A stretch of DNA of 32,000 nucleotides, from contig NZ_LR732816.1 of NCBI RefSeq assembly GCF_902506205.1, positions 2,708,993 through 2,740,992 of the forward strand, read 5' to 3'. This DNA comes from Brevundimonas sp. G8 (GTDB lineage: Bacteria > Pseudomonadota > Alphaproteobacteria > Caulobacterales > Caulobacteraceae). The notes beneath the pieces are model-generated. The model was not told the DNA's origin. It saw only the letters and a list, made by a program, of their open reading frames with translations, and did no database searches. Below, piece by piece: positions 1 through 10,388 of the stretch; position 1 is the first letter of the stretch; every line of letters starts with the position of its first letter. The position numbers and the translations under genes were made by a program.

Positions 1-1670
1 CGGGCCTGATCTGGATCGGGCCGGACCCGTCCTCGATCCGGGCCATGGGGCTGAAGGATGCGGCCAAGGAGTTGATGATCCAGGCCGGGGTGCCTGTGAC
101 GCCCGGCTACCAGGGCGCGGACCAGTCGGAGGCGACCCTGACGGCCGAGGCGGCGCGGATCGGCTATCCGGTGCTGATCAAGGCGGTCGCGGGCGGCGGC
201 GGCAAGGGGATGAAGCGGGTCGATGATCCGGCCGATTTCGCCGCTGGCCTGGCCAGCGCCAAGCGCGAGGGCGCGGCGGCCTTCGGCGACGACCGGGTGC
301 TGATCGAACGCTACATCACTCGCCCGCGCCACATCGAGGTGCAGGTGTTCGGCGATAAACACGGCGATGTCGTCCACCTGTATGAACGCGACTGTTCGCT
401 GCAACGCCGCCACCAGAAGGTGATCGAAGAGGCTCCGGCGCCGGGTATGAGCGAGGCCGTGCGCGCCGCCGTGACGGGCGCGGCGATCAAGGCGGCCAAG
501 GCGGTCAACTATGTCGGGGCCGGAACCATCGAATTCATCGCCGACGCCTCGGACGGGCTGAAGGCGGACGGCATCTGGTTCATGGAGATGAACACCCGGC
601 TGCAGGTCGAGCACCCGGTGACCGAGAGCGTGACCGGCGTCGATCTGGTCGAATGGCAGTTCCGCGTCGCGGCGGGCGAACCCCTGCCGCTGAAACAGGA
701 TCAGATCCAACTGAACGGTTGGGCCATGGAGGCGCGCCTCTATGCCGAGGATCCGGCGAACGGCTTCCTGCCCAGCATCGGTCGGCTGGAGCATTTCGTC
801 ATGCCGGACGGCATCCGCGTCGACGCCGGCGTGGAGCAGGGCGGCGAGGTCAGCCAGTTCTACGACCCGATGATCGCCAAGCTGATCGTGTATGAGGACA
901 CCCGCGAGGAAGCGGCGGCGCGCCTGGCCGAGGCGGCCGGCGAGGTCGAGGTCTGGCCGGTCAAGGCCAACGCCGGTTTCCTGAAACGCTGCCTGGAGCA
1001 TCCCCGATTCGTCGCGGGCGACGTGGATACGGGCTTCATCGCGGCTGAGGAGGCGGATTTGCAGCCCCAGCCGTCCGACGAAGCGACGCTGGCGGCTCTG
1101 ACCCTGATCGCAGAAGCTGCCGCGGATGCGGTCGAGGTGCGTGCGGATCGGTTCAGCCCGTGGGGCGGGCAACCAGGCCTGTCCTATGGCGTGCGCCTCA
1201 ACGCGTCGTCGCAGACGACTGTCTGGGCCCAGATCGACGGACAGGGCGTATCGGCGGCGGTGACGCCGGTCGAGACCGGCTGGCGCGGTCCGCAGGGCGA
1301 ACTGGCCCATGTCGGTTTCGACCAGGTCCAGGCCGGGGATCGGCTGTTCGGCTATCAGTCCGTCGATGACGGCTTCGTCCTGTTCGTCGATGGCGAGGCG
1401 CGTAGGGTGACGCCCTATCGCGCAGCCGTGGGTTCAGGCGCGGGCGCGGTCTCCGACGGCTCCCTTCGGGCGCCCATGCCTGGCAAGATCGTCGCCACGC
1501 CGGTCAAGGCGGGGGACACGGTCGCCAAGGGGCAGCCCGTCGTGGTGCTGGAAGCCATGAAGATGGAGCACGCCCTGACCGCGCCGTTCAATGGCGTGGT
1601 GGAGAGCGTGGCGACGCTGGGCGATCAGGTGGTCGAGGCGGCCGTGCTGGCGGTGGTGAAGCCCGACTAA
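1..1670 (+). CDS. Biotin-dependent acyl-CoA carboxylase alpha subunit (biotin carboxylase plus C-terminal biotinyl domain; methylcrotonyl-/propionyl-CoA carboxylase type), 5'-truncated by the window edge
   Basis: The reading frame is open from base 3 (GLIWIGPDPSSIRAMGLKDAAK...). It has ATP-grasp biotin carboxylase motifs ([48 protein letters not shown]). A C-terminal biotin attachment motif EAMKMEH lies in a lipoyl-like domain. The fused BC-BCCP architecture differs from the split accB/accC later in the window. Confidence 0.9.
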   Translation, partial: GLIWIGPDPSSIRAMGLKDAAKELMIQAGVPVTPGYQGADQSEATLTAEAARIGYPVLIKAVAGGGGKGMKRVDDPADFAAGLASAKREGAAAFGDDRVLIERYITRPRHIEVQVFGDKHGDVVHLYERDCSLQRRHQKVIEEAPAPGMSEAVRAAVTGAAIKAAKAVNYVGAGTIEFIADASDGLKADGIWFMEMNTRLQVEHPVTESVTGVDLVEWQFRVAAGEPLPLKQDQIQLNGWAMEARLYAEDPANGFLPSIGRLEHFVMPDGIRVDAGVEQGGEVSQFYDPMIAKLIVYEDTREEAAARLAEAAGEVEVWPVKANAGFLKRCLEHPRFVAGDVDTGFIAAEEADLQPQPSDEATLAALTLIAEAAADAVEVRADRFSPWGGQPGLSYGVRLNASSQTTVWAQIDGQGVSAAVTPVETGWRGPQGELAHVGFDQVQAGDRLFGYQSVDDGFVLFVDGEARRVTPYRAAVGSGAGAVSDGSLRAPMPGKIVATPVKAGDTVAKGQPVVVLEAMKMEHALTAPFNGVVESVATLGDQVVEAAVLAVVKPD

Positions 1671-1957
1671 AGCCCCACGCCGCCGATGGGGCGGGTGAAG
1701 ACGGTGTCGCCGAAGGTGGCGATCAGGCTGAGGGCCGGCAGCAGTTCGTGGGTTTCGCGGATCTGGGCGGACCAGGCGTCGTGCGTGGCCTTACTCATCC
1801 AGACCTCGGTGACCCACAGGGCGTCGGCGTCGTTCAGGTCGTGGGCCAGGACGTAACTGTGGCAGCCTGGGCGCTTCAGATTGGGGTCCAGCAGGCACAG
1901 CCCAAGTTCGTCGCGACGACCGGAATGGGCCGTCAGGCGGGTAATCAATCCGTACAT
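1667..1957 (-). CDS. ABM-fold (antibiotic biosynthesis monooxygenase-like) small protein
   Basis: The ~96 aa product from the internal ATG at 1955-1957 (MYGLITRLTAHSGRRDEL...ALWVTEVWMSKATHDAW) has the size and pattern of ABM/quinol monooxygenase-like domains. The upstream 14 codons of the tracked ORF are Arg/Ser-rich and unlikely to be coding. Confidence 0.6.
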   Translation of the reverse strand: MYGLITRLTAHSGRRDELGLCLLDPNLKRPGCHSYVLAHDLNDADALWVTEVWMSKATHDAWSAQIRETHELLPALSLIATFGDTVFTRPIGGVGL

Positions 1958-2062
1958 GCTGGTCCTGTGTCGCGCCTGACGAGGGGAGGCGGCGCTCAAT
2001 CATCCTGGGCCCTGTAGATTAAGAATCTGGCCAATGCGCCTAAGGGTCACTACGTGGGGCCA

Positions 2063-2461
2063 ATGCCGCTTCACATGATCAAACTGGGCGTCGGAGTGCC
2101 GGACGTCGAATGGCTGGAGACCCGCGCCGCCAAGGGCGGGCCGCTGGTGGTCCACACGCGAATGACGCCGAAACGCGCGTCGGAAATCGAGGACGGCGGG
2201 TCGCTGTATTGGGTGGTGAAGGGGACCATCGTTTGCCGTCAGCGCGTGCTGGACATCGCCACCCTGGGCGAGGGTAAAGAAAGCCGCTGCGAGATCACGC
2301 TGGAGCCCAGGGTCGTCCGCACCGCGCCGATGGCGCGACGCCCGTTCCAGGGCTGGCGCTATTTCGAGCCCAAGGATGCGCCGGTGGATATGACCGAGCT
2401 GGATGCGGGCGAGGCGCCGGAGGAGCTGGTGCGGCAACTTCGCGAACTGGGCGCCTGGTAG
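2063..2461 (+). CDS. DUF1489 family protein
   Basis: The N-terminus MPLHMIKLGVG...SLYWVVKG...RPFQGWRYFE matches my memory of the conserved alphaproteobacterial DUF1489 family. ATG at 2063 is preferred over GTG at 2054. Confidence 0.65.
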   Translation: MPLHMIKLGVGVPDVEWLETRAAKGGPLVVHTRMTPKRASEIEDGGSLYWVVKGTIVCRQRVLDIATLGEGKESRCEITLEPRVVRTAPMARRPFQGWRYFEPKDAPVDMTELDAGEAPEELVRQLRELGAW

Positions 2462-2525
2462 GGCCAAACCCACAAAGTTTTTGGGAGTTGACCCCGGCGG
2501 GTCCGCGTGGCCTGTGCCGCCTCCG

Positions 2526-3872
2526 ATGATCGCGCTCAGCCCCCAGACCCGTTCCGCCTTCCGCGACCTGCTCAACCTGGCATGGCCGGTGATTCTGGCG
2601 CGGATCGGCATCATGACCATGGGTCTGACCGACGCCATCGTGGTGGGCAACTTCTCCAGCAAGGAACTGGCGTTCCACTCGCTGGCCTGGGCGCCGACGT
2701 CGATCGTGGTGACGACGGCGGTGGGCCTGATGCTGGGCGTACAGGTGATGACGGCGCGCATGCTGGGCGAGGGGCGTCGGCACGCCGTCGGCTCGGTGTT
2801 GCGTCGGGGCATGACCTATTCGCTTCAGATCGGCGTGATTTCCATGATCGCCCTGATCGCCATCGGCCCCTGGGGGCTGGGCAAGCTGGGGCTTGAGGAC
2901 GGACTGGCGGAAGGCGCGGGTCCGGCCCTGGTCGTGTTCGCCCTGTCCATGCCCTTCTATCTGATCTCGGTGACGGGGCAGTTCTTCCTGGAGGCCCTGG
3001 GCCGACCCAAGCCCGGCATGGTCGCCATGTGGGTGGCGAACGGGGTCAATCTGGCGCTGAACATCGCACTGGTGCCGGACCTTCTGGGCATCGGTTTCGA
3101 CGGCGCCTTCGCCTCGGCCTGGGCGACGTTCGGCGCGCGGGCGGCGTTGGCGATCTTCCTGGTGATCTACATCCTGCGCCTGCCCGAGGCGCGGTCGCTG
3201 GGCATTTTCGACAAGCCCGAGCGCGACCCCAAGGCGGCGCGCGAACAGGTCAAGGTCGGCCTGGGCGCCGGTGCGTCCTATTTCATCGAAGTCGGGGCCT
3301 TTTCCGGCTTCACCTTCTTCGCCGGCCAGATCGGCACGGCGGAGACGGCCGCCTGGGCGGTGGTGCTGAACGTTTCGGCCATCGTCTTCATGTTGCCCAT
3401 GGGGTTGTCTTCGGCGACGGCGGTGCTGGTTGGACGCAGCTATGGCGCCGGCGACGGGCGAGGGGTGTTGAGAGCCGGTCTGGTCGGGTTGGGAGTGGTC
3501 ACGGCCATGACCCTGGTCGTGGCGCTGTTGGTCTGGCCCAGCGCGCATCTGATCGTCGGGGCCTACAACCGCGACCCGGCCCTGTTGGCCATTGCGGCGC
3601 CGGCCCTGGTTCTGGCGACCCTGTTCTTCGTGGCGGACGGCATCCAGGTCGTGGCGGCCCAGGCGAACCGGGCGGCGGGCGATGTGTGGTGGCCCACTAT
3701 CATGCATTTCGCCGCCTATGGGGCGGTGATGATGCCGCTGGGCTGGGTGCTTGCGCACCAGATGGGCATCGACGGCCTGGTCTGGGCGGTGGTGATCGCC
3801 AGTCTGGCGTCTTCGACCCTGCTGACGGGGCGTTTCGTGCGGGTGGCGCGGCGTTTGCCGCAAGGTGTTTGA
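2526..3872 (+). CDS. MATE family efflux transporter
   Basis: The ~448 aa polytopic membrane protein has a typical MATE N-terminus (FRDLLNLAWPVILARIGIMTMGLTDAIVVG) and an internal duplication of 6-TM halves. Start is set at ATG 2526, because the earlier part of ORF 2403 overlaps the DUF1489 end and is Arg-rich. Confidence 0.85.
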   Translation: MIALSPQTRSAFRDLLNLAWPVILARIGIMTMGLTDAIVVGNFSSKELAFHSLAWAPTSIVVTTAVGLMLGVQVMTARMLGEGRRHAVGSVLRRGMTYSLQIGVISMIALIAIGPWGLGKLGLEDGLAEGAGPALVVFALSMPFYLISVTGQFFLEALGRPKPGMVAMWVANGVNLALNIALVPDLLGIGFDGAFASAWATFGARAALAIFLVIYILRLPEARSLGIFDKPERDPKAAREQVKVGLGAGASYFIEVGAFSGFTFFAGQIGTAETAAWAVVLNVSAIVFMLPMGLSSATAVLVGRSYGAGDGRGVLRAGLVGLGVVTAMTLVVALLVWPSAHLIVGAYNRDPALLAIAAPALVLATLFFVADGIQVVAAQANRAAGDVWWPTIMHFAAYGAVMMPLGWVLAHQMGIDGLVWAVVIASLASSTLLTGRFVRVARRLPQGV

Positions 3873-3926
3873 GGAAACGGCGCCGCCGCTCTATATCCCT
3901 GCGCTCCCCCGAACTCCTGGACGATC

Positions 3927-5630
3927 ATGGCCCGCATCCTCATCACCTCGGCGCTGCCCTACATCAACGGCATCAAGCACCTGGGGAATCTGGCGGGCTC
4001 AATGTTGCCGGCCGACGTCTTGGCGCGGTTCAAGCGAGCCCAGGGTCATGAGGTCCTCTATATCTGCGCCACGGACGAGCACGGAACCCCGGCCGAACTG
4101 GCCGCCGCCGCCGCCGGTCAGGACGTGCGGACCTATTGCGACGAGCAGCACGAAATCCAGAAGACCGCCGGTCAGGCGTTCGGCCTGAGCTACGACTGGT
4201 TCGGCCGCTCCTCCAACCCGCAGAACCATCGCCTGACGCAGCATTTCGCCGAAGCGCTGGAGAAGAACGGCCTGATCGAGGAACGGGTGGATCGGATGAT
4301 CTATTCGATCGACGACGCCCGCTTCCTGCCCGATCGCTATGTCGAGGGCACCTGCCCGCACTGCGGCCATGTCGGCGCGCGCGGCGATCAGTGTGACAAC
4401 TGCGGACGCCTGCTGGACCCGACCGACCTGATCGATCCCTATTCGTCGGTGTCGGGGTCGAGGAATCTGGAGGTGCGCGATACGCGCCACCTCTATCTGT
4501 TGCAGACGAAGATCGAGCCCGAGATTCGCGCCTGGGTCGACGGCAAGAGCGGCTGGCAGCTGCTGGCCAAGTCCATCGCCTACAAGCATCTGGACGAGGG
4601 GTTGATCGACCGGGGCATCACCCGCGACCTGGCCTGGGGCGTGCCGGTGCTGAAGGACGGATTCCCGCGTCTGGGCATGGAGGACAAGGTCTTCTACGTC
4701 TGGTTCGACGCCCCCATCGAATATATCGCCGCGACCGAGGAATGGGCTGAGGCGACGGGCAACACCTGGCGCGACTGGTGGCGTCTGGACGAGGGGGCGG
4801 AGGACGTTCGTTATGTCCAGTTCATGGGCAAGGACAACGTGGCCTTCCACACTGTGTCGTTCCCCGCGACCATCATTGGCTCGGGCGAACCGTGGAAGAC
4901 GGTGGACCAACTGAAGGCCTTCAACTGGCTGAACTGGTATGGCGGCAAGTTCTCGACCAGCCAGAAGCGCGGCGTCTTCATGGATCAGGCGCTGGAGCTG
5001 CTGCCGGCCGACTACTGGCGTTGGCGCCTGACGGCCTACGGCCCGGAACATGCGGATTCGGCCTTCACGTGGGAGGATTTCCAGGCCTCGACCAACAAGG
5101 ACCTGGCCGATGTGCTGGGCAACTTCGTCAACCGAATCGTCAAGTTCGCCGAGTCGAAGTTCGACGGTGTCGTGCCCGAGGGCGGCGAGGCCGGGCCGGT
5201 GGAGATCCAGCTTGAGGCCGACATCAAGGCGGGCATCGCCGAGGCGACCGAACAGTTCGAGGCCATGGAGTTCAGGAAGGCGGCCCAGGCCCTGCGCGCC
5301 GTCTGGGTGCTGGGCAACGAATATCTGCAGGTCGCGGCGCCCTGGACCGCGCTGAAGACCGACCGTGACCGCGCGGCCGTGGGCGTTCGCACCGGCCTGA
5401 ACCTGGTGGCGCTTTTCGCGCGTCTGGCGGCGCCGATCCTGCCGTTCTCGGCCGAGAAGATCGCCGCCTCGGTGGGCGCCAGCGACCTGAGCTGGCCCGG
5501 CGCGGACGAGGATGTGCTGAACGTGCTGACCGTCGGTCAGCCGGTCGCCGCCCAGGGCGTGCTGTTCGCCAAGATCGAGGACGCCCAGGTGGCGGAATGG
5601 TCCGAACGCTTCGGCGGCGCGGACGCCTGA
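3927..5630 (+). CDS. metG: Methionine--tRNA ligase
   Basis: It has a class I synthetase HIGH-type region ([16 protein letters not shown]), a zinc knuckle (CPHCG...CDNCG) and a KMSKS-type motif (KFSTSQKRG). The 567 aa product is the short form without the C-terminal tRNA-binding appendix. Confidence 0.95.
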   Translation: MARILITSALPYINGIKHLGNLAGSMLPADVLARFKRAQGHEVLYICATDEHGTPAELAAAAAGQDVRTYCDEQHEIQKTAGQAFGLSYDWFGRSSNPQNHRLTQHFAEALEKNGLIEERVDRMIYSIDDARFLPDRYVEGTCPHCGHVGARGDQCDNCGRLLDPTDLIDPYSSVSGSRNLEVRDTRHLYLLQTKIEPEIRAWVDGKSGWQLLAKSIAYKHLDEGLIDRGITRDLAWGVPVLKDGFPRLGMEDKVFYVWFDAPIEYIAATEEWAEATGNTWRDWWRLDEGAEDVRYVQFMGKDNVAFHTVSFPATIIGSGEPWKTVDQLKAFNWLNWYGGKFSTSQKRGVFMDQALELLPADYWRWRLTAYGPEHADSAFTWEDFQASTNKDLADVLGNFVNRIVKFAESKFDGVVPEGGEAGPVEIQLEADIKAGIAEATEQFEAMEFRKAAQALRAVWVLGNEYLQVAAPWTALKTDRDRAAVGVRTGLNLVALFARLAAPILPFSAEKIAASVGASDLSWPGADEDVLNVLTVGQPVAAQGVLFAKIEDAQVAEWSERFGGADA

Positions 5631-5652
5631 TCGGGCGGGTGGGGGATATGCG

Positions 5653-6366
5653 ATGACGCCGACCCTGACGCCCCCGAACGACGAACGTCGCGCCGCGATT
5701 CGCGAGCGATTGGCGCGCACAGGCCGGACGCAGATCGACGGCGTCCTGGCCCCGGCCGACGCTCAAGGCCTGTATGAGGCGGCGACGACCGCCGATTACA
5801 ATGTCGTGACCCGGCGCGGGACGGGGCATGTCGATCTGCCCGCCGCCTGGCTGTCGTCGCTGCAGCCGGGACAGAAACAGGCCTTGGGGCAGGCGGTGCA
5901 GGTCTCGGCCCAGACCGACTTTCAGTATCTGTACGACAACCACCCCATCTACGATCTGGTCGAGGCGGGGCAGGCGGCGCCGGTGTGGTCCGATCTGCTG
6001 GCCTTCCTGAACGGCGAGGCCTTCCTGAACCTGATGCGGGACGTGACCGGCGAGCCGCGCATCGCCCTGGCCGACGCCCAACTGACACGCTATCGCGCCG
6101 GACATTTCTTGACCGAGCATGACGACCATGCAGACGGCAAGAACCGTTTCTTCGCCTATGTGCTGAACCTGACGCCCGCCTGGCGGATCGAGTGGGGTGG
6201 CCTGCTGGCCTTCCACGGAACCGACGGCAATGTGGCCGAGGCCTTCACGCCGCGCTTCAACACCCTGAACCTGCTGAAGGTGCCGACGCCTCATTCGGTG
6301 ACCCAGGTCGCTCTGTCGGCGGCCGCGGACCGAATTTCCGTCACGGGGTGGCTGAGGGGCCTCTGA
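5653..6366 (+). CDS. 2OG-Fe(II) oxygenase superfamily protein (prolyl-hydroxylase-like)
   Basis: An HxD...H-type facial triad is plausible (TEHDDH ... PTPHSV). The double-stranded beta-helix pattern RYRAGHFLTEHDD...FAYVLNL...WGGLLAF is typical of the family. Confidence 0.65.
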   Translation: MTPTLTPPNDERRAAIRERLARTGRTQIDGVLAPADAQGLYEAATTADYNVVTRRGTGHVDLPAAWLSSLQPGQKQALGQAVQVSAQTDFQYLYDNHPIYDLVEAGQAAPVWSDLLAFLNGEAFLNLMRDVTGEPRIALADAQLTRYRAGHFLTEHDDHADGKNRFFAYVLNLTPAWRIEWGGLLAFHGTDGNVAEAFTPRFNTLNLLKVPTPHSVTQVALSAAADRISVTGWLRGL

Positions 6367-6372
6367 TCAGGC

Positions 6373-6705
6373 CTATTCGGCGAACACCACTGGCAGGCCA
6401 GCCGCGTGCCAGGCCTGGATGCCGCCGGTCAGGTTGAACAGCGGTTGTCCTTCGGGGCCGGTCGGGCCGACGAAGGCGCAGACCTGGTGGCTGCGGCCGC
6501 CCTTCAGGCACTGGACGATGATCTTCCTGTCGGCGGGCAGGTCCAGCGCCTCCCAGGCGGCGGGCATCTGGCTGAGCGGTGCCAGGATCGCGCCGTCGAT
6601 GCGGGCTGCGGCGAACTCATCCGGCTCGCGCACGTCGATCAGGATCGCCTCGCCCGATTGCAGCCAGGCGGCGGCCTCCTCGACCGTGACCGTGGCGACC
6701 GTCAT
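6373..6705 (-). CDS. Rhodanese-like domain protein (single-domain sulfurtransferase)
   Basis: The 110 aa product carries the pattern LIDVREPDEF...IDGA...IIVQCLKGGRSHQ, i.e. a CxxGxRS active-site loop. Its ATG overlaps the terC-family stop (ATGA at 6702-6705). Confidence 0.85.
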   Translation of the reverse strand: MTVATVTVEEAAAWLQSGEAILIDVREPDEFAAARIDGAILAPLSQMPAAWEALDLPADRKIIVQCLKGGRSHQVCAFVGPTGPEGQPLFNLTGGIQAWHAAGLPVVFAE

Positions 6706-7523
6706 GTCGCGGGCGCCGGGGCAGGCGCGGTCGGCGCGGCGGGGGCCGGGGTCGGGCTGTCCTCGGTGCGCTTTTGCCCCAGGTGCTTGGCGGCTTCCTT
6801 CTCACCGATTTCCAGGAAGGCCGGGGCCGAGGCGTTGAACTCTTCCATATGGCCGGTGCGGACCACCACCTGACGCGCGCCGTCCCAGATCATGTGCAGG
6901 GCGACATACAGCACGACGACCAGGCCGATATAGCCGATCCAGGCGAAGCGGTGCAGCAGCTTGGCGATATAGGTGGCGGCGACGCCCATCAGAGCGATCG
7001 ACAGGATCAGGCCAAAGACCATGATCCACGGATGCTCGTGCGCGGCTCCGGCGACAGCCAGCACATTGTCCAGCGACATGGTGATGTCGGCGACCATGAT
7101 TTGCAGCAGGGCGGCGCCAAAGGTCTTGCGCTTGACGCCCAATTCCTCGGGCGATGGGCCTGTGCCGTGTTCGATGCTCATGGCCAACTGAAGCTCGGCC
7201 TCGGCTTCCGCCTGGTTATGCGTGCGCTGCTCCTGCAGTTCGCGCCACATCTTCCAGCAGACCCACAGCAGCAAGAGGCCGCCCGCCAGCAGCAGGCCGA
7301 CCAGAGCCAGAAGCTGGACGGTGATCAGGGCAAAGCCGATGCGCATGACCACGGCGGCGGCCAGGCCGATCAGGATGGCCTTCTTGCGCTGGTCCTGGGG
7401 CAGGGCGGCGGCGGCGAGACCCACGGCGACGGCGTTGTCGCCGGCGAGGACCAGATCCATCAGCAGGACCTGGCCCAGAGCCGTGGCCTGGCTGGCGAAT
7501 TCGGGAGACGAGAAAAATTCCAT
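6702..7523 (-). CDS. TerC/YjbE family integral membrane protein
   Basis: Two conserved DN motifs are present (LAGDNAVAV and SLDNVLAVAGA) with multiple TM helices. The C-terminal tail is Pro/Ala-rich. Confidence 0.85.
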   Translation of the reverse strand: MEFFSSPEFASQATALGQVLLMDLVLAGDNAVAVGLAAAALPQDQRKKAILIGLAAAVVMRIGFALITVQLLALVGLLLAGGLLLLWVCWKMWRELQEQRTHNQAEAEAELQLAMSIEHGTGPSPEELGVKRKTFGAALLQIMVADITMSLDNVLAVAGAAHEHPWIMVFGLILSIALMGVAATYIAKLLHRFAWIGYIGLVVVLYVALHMIWDGARQVVVRTGHMEEFNASAPAFLEIGEKEAAKHLGQKRTEDSPTPAPAAPTAPAPAPAT

Positions 7524-7554
7524 TTCCGCTCTCTAACGCCGGTGCGACCTTCTG

Positions 7555-8439
7555 TCAGCCGCGTTGCGCGCGCGCCGCCTCATAAAGCGCGACGGCGGCG
7601 GCGTTTGAGACGTTCAGGCTCTCGAATCCGCCCGGCATGGGGATCTTGGCCAGAACGTCGCAATGTTCGGCGACCAGGCGGCGGATGCCGTCGCCCTCGG
7701 AGCCCATGACCAGTACGGTGGGCTGGCGATCCAGCGCCTCTTCCAATGTCTGTTCGCCCGTTCCGTCCAGACCCACGGCGCGCCAGCCCAGATCGGCCAG
7801 ACGCTCCAGCGCGCGCGACAGGTTGGTCACCCGGGCATGGGGCAGGCGTTCGGTCGCGCCGACCGCCGCCTTGGCCAGGGCGCCGGCCAGAGCGGGAGCG
7901 TGACGGTCCTGGACGATGATTCCCCGCGCGCCGAAGGCCAGGGCCGAGCGGAAGATGGCGCCGACGTTCTGGGGATCGGTCAGTTGATCCAGCATGACGA
8001 TGATCCCTTGCGCCGGATCGGCCAGCTCATCCAGCGACACGCCTTCCAACGGCTGGACCTTGAAGGCCAGGCCCTGGTGCACGGCGCCGGGGGGCAGCAT
8101 CCGGGTCAGGGCCTGGACCTCGACCACCTCGATCTTGTGGCCGTTGGCCAGTTTGCCCTCTTCGATCTCGGCGGCGCGCTCGGCCGTGGCCAGCAGGCGA
8201 CCCGTGCCGCGACGCGCGGGATTCGCCAAAGCGGCCAGGACCGGGTGCCGGCCCCACAGAAAATTATCGGCGTCCGACTTGCTCCGATCCGGCGCGCGAG
8301 GCGGGCGGGGCGCATCGTCGCGCCCGCCAAACCCTTGCGGAGCGGACTTTTGACCCTTGTCGCGCGGCCCCTCAGGCCGGTTTCCGAAGGCCGGTTTTTT
8401 ACCGCTTCTCCGGTCGTTGCGTTCTGTTTTCGACGACAC
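7555..8439 (-). CDS. rlmB: 23S rRNA (guanosine-2'-O)-methyltransferase RlmB (SpoU/TrmH family) with a basic, low-complexity N-terminal extension
   Basis: SpoU motifs are present (LDQLTDPQNVGAIFRSA, LVMGSEGDGIR, IPMPGGFESLNVSNAAAVALYE). I prefer GTG at 8437-8439, which is preceded by GGAGGG 9 nt upstream. The tracked ORF start at 8469 is also a GTG. Confidence 0.85.
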   Translation of the reverse strand: MSSKTERNDRRSGKKPAFGNRPEGPRDKGQKSAPQGFGGRDDAPRPPRAPDRSKSDADNFLWGRHPVLAALANPARRGTGRLLATAERAAEIEEGKLANGHKIEVVEVQALTRMLPPGAVHQGLAFKVQPLEGVSLDELADPAQGIIVMLDQLTDPQNVGAIFRSALAFGARGIIVQDRHAPALAGALAKAAVGATERLPHARVTNLSRALERLADLGWRAVGLDGTGEQTLEEALDRQPTVLVMGSEGDGIRRLVAEHCDVLAKIPMPGGFESLNVSNAAAVALYEAARAQRG

Positions 8440-8587
8440 TATAAGACGCCCTCCGATTTGGAGCCCCACGGGCTTTCGGGTCTGGGCGCACCCTCTATCC
8501 TAGAGGAGGCGACAAGCCGAAGGCTTTTGTTTCGTCCCGCTTCTTTATAGCGGAAACGAGGGGTCCGACGGTTCGACAAGGCGCGCT

Positions 8588-8671
8588 GGGGGAATGTCCC
8601 GAGTGGCAAAGGGGGGGGACTGTAAATCCCCTGCGTAAGCTTCGAAGGTTCGAGTCCTTCTTCCCCCACCA
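8588..8671 (+). tRNA. tRNA-Tyr (anticodon GTA), type II with long variable arm, CCA encoded
   Basis: The cloverleaf folds by eye: acceptor GGGGGAA/TTCCCCC, anticodon stem GGGGA/TCCCC with loop CTGTAAA, T-arm GAAGG-TTCGAGT-CCTTC. The architecture is collinear with E. coli tRNA-Tyr. Confidence 0.9.
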
Positions 8672-8751
8672 CGCGCCTTGACGGATACGACGGATCAGGA
8701 CGACGGAGAGGAACCGGCTGCGGCGTTCCAAAGAACTTCCGCAGTCTCCGC

Positions 8752-8825
8752 GCGGGTATAGCACAATGGTAGTGCAGCAGCCTTCCAAGCTGAGGATGTC
8801 GGTTCGATCCCGTCTACCCGCTCCA
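8752..8825 (+). tRNA. tRNA-Gly (anticodon TCC), CCA encoded
   Basis: Acceptor GCGGGTA/TACCCGC, anticodon loop CTTCCAA, and a T-loop TTCGATC with one U-U mismatch in the T-stem. It resembles E. coli tRNA-Gly(UCC). Confidence 0.88.
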
Positions 8826-8877
8826 GGTTTTTTGATCAGCATCGCGCCCCTCAACCCGGGCCATCAGGAGTTTGGCC

Positions 8878-10069
<1,192 letters not shown>

Positions 10070-10139
10070 AAGACGGCCTCAAGCCGCGAGCCTCCGCGAG
10101 GCGAGCATAGGCCGACCAAAAGAGTAAGCGTAACAGAGC

Positions 10140-10173
10140 GGCCCTCGGAGTGATCCGGGGGCCGTTTTGCTTT
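10140..10173 (+). terminator. Rho-independent terminator of tuf
   Basis: Stem GGCCCTCGG / CCGGGGGCC (one G-U pair) with loop AGTGAT, followed by GTTTTGCTTT. Confidence 0.7.
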
Positions 10174-10174
10174 G

Positions 10175-10336
10175 CCCTTCTCCCATGGGGAGAATGTGGC
10201 TCGTAGAGCCGGATGAGGGGGTATGGTGTGAAAGGCGTCGCACAGCGTAACCCCTCACCCTTTCGCGCAAGACCGATCGCTGACGTTCTTGGGCGCTCAA
10301 GCCCTCTCCCAAAGGGAGAGGGATGGGGATGGGGGA
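10175..10336. repeat. REP-like intergenic palindromic element (multiple short GC hairpins)
   Basis: Hairpins are TTCTCCC-at-GGGAGAA (10178-10194) and CCCTCTCCC-aaa-GGGAGAGGG (10302-10322). An imperfect inverted pair GATGAGGGG...CCCCTCACC lies between them. The track ORFs through it (10079-10312 minus, 10213-10485 plus) read as repeat-derived text such as SPLPKGEGWGWG. Confidence 0.55.
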
Positions 10337-10388
10337 GTTTGGAAAGCCGGGCGTCAGGGCGCAGAAACGGCCCTCGTCAACGCGCCGT

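Noticed and set aside
2295-3863. 522-aa minus-strand ORF antisense to the MATE transporter. There are similar long antisense ORFs at 3999-5720 (opposite metG), 8851-10119 (opposite tuf), 12033-14249 (opposite the NrdJ-like gene), 17719-19617 (opposite accC/accB), 5272-6294, 24782-25768 and 29499-30302.
   Set aside because: Their translations are Arg/Gly/Pro/His-rich low-complexity text with no motifs. Each lies opposite a gene with unmistakable conserved motifs. Stop-codon depletion on the antisense strand is expected at this GC content.
7524-7554. yybP-ykoY (Mn2+) riboswitch, which is often found upstream of TerC-family genes.
   Set aside because: Only 31 nt separate the terC-family start from the rlmB stop, which is too short. 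No conserved riboswitch core was seen in the adjacent rlmB 3' end.
8470-8587. Possible ncRNA or promoter structures in the rlmB/tRNA-Tyr divergent region (palindrome CCTCTA-tcc-TAGAGG; hairpin AAGCC-gaa-GGCTT followed by TTGTTT).
   Set aside because: The hairpins are short and have no matching consensus promoter or known RNA motif. The region most likely holds ordinary divergent promoters that I cannot position confidently.
8678-8684. TTGACGG, identical to the Caulobacter sigma-73 -35 consensus, located between tRNA-Tyr and tRNA-Gly.
   Set aside because: No GCTANAWC-like -10 element lies at the required 10-14 nt spacing, so this is probably chance.
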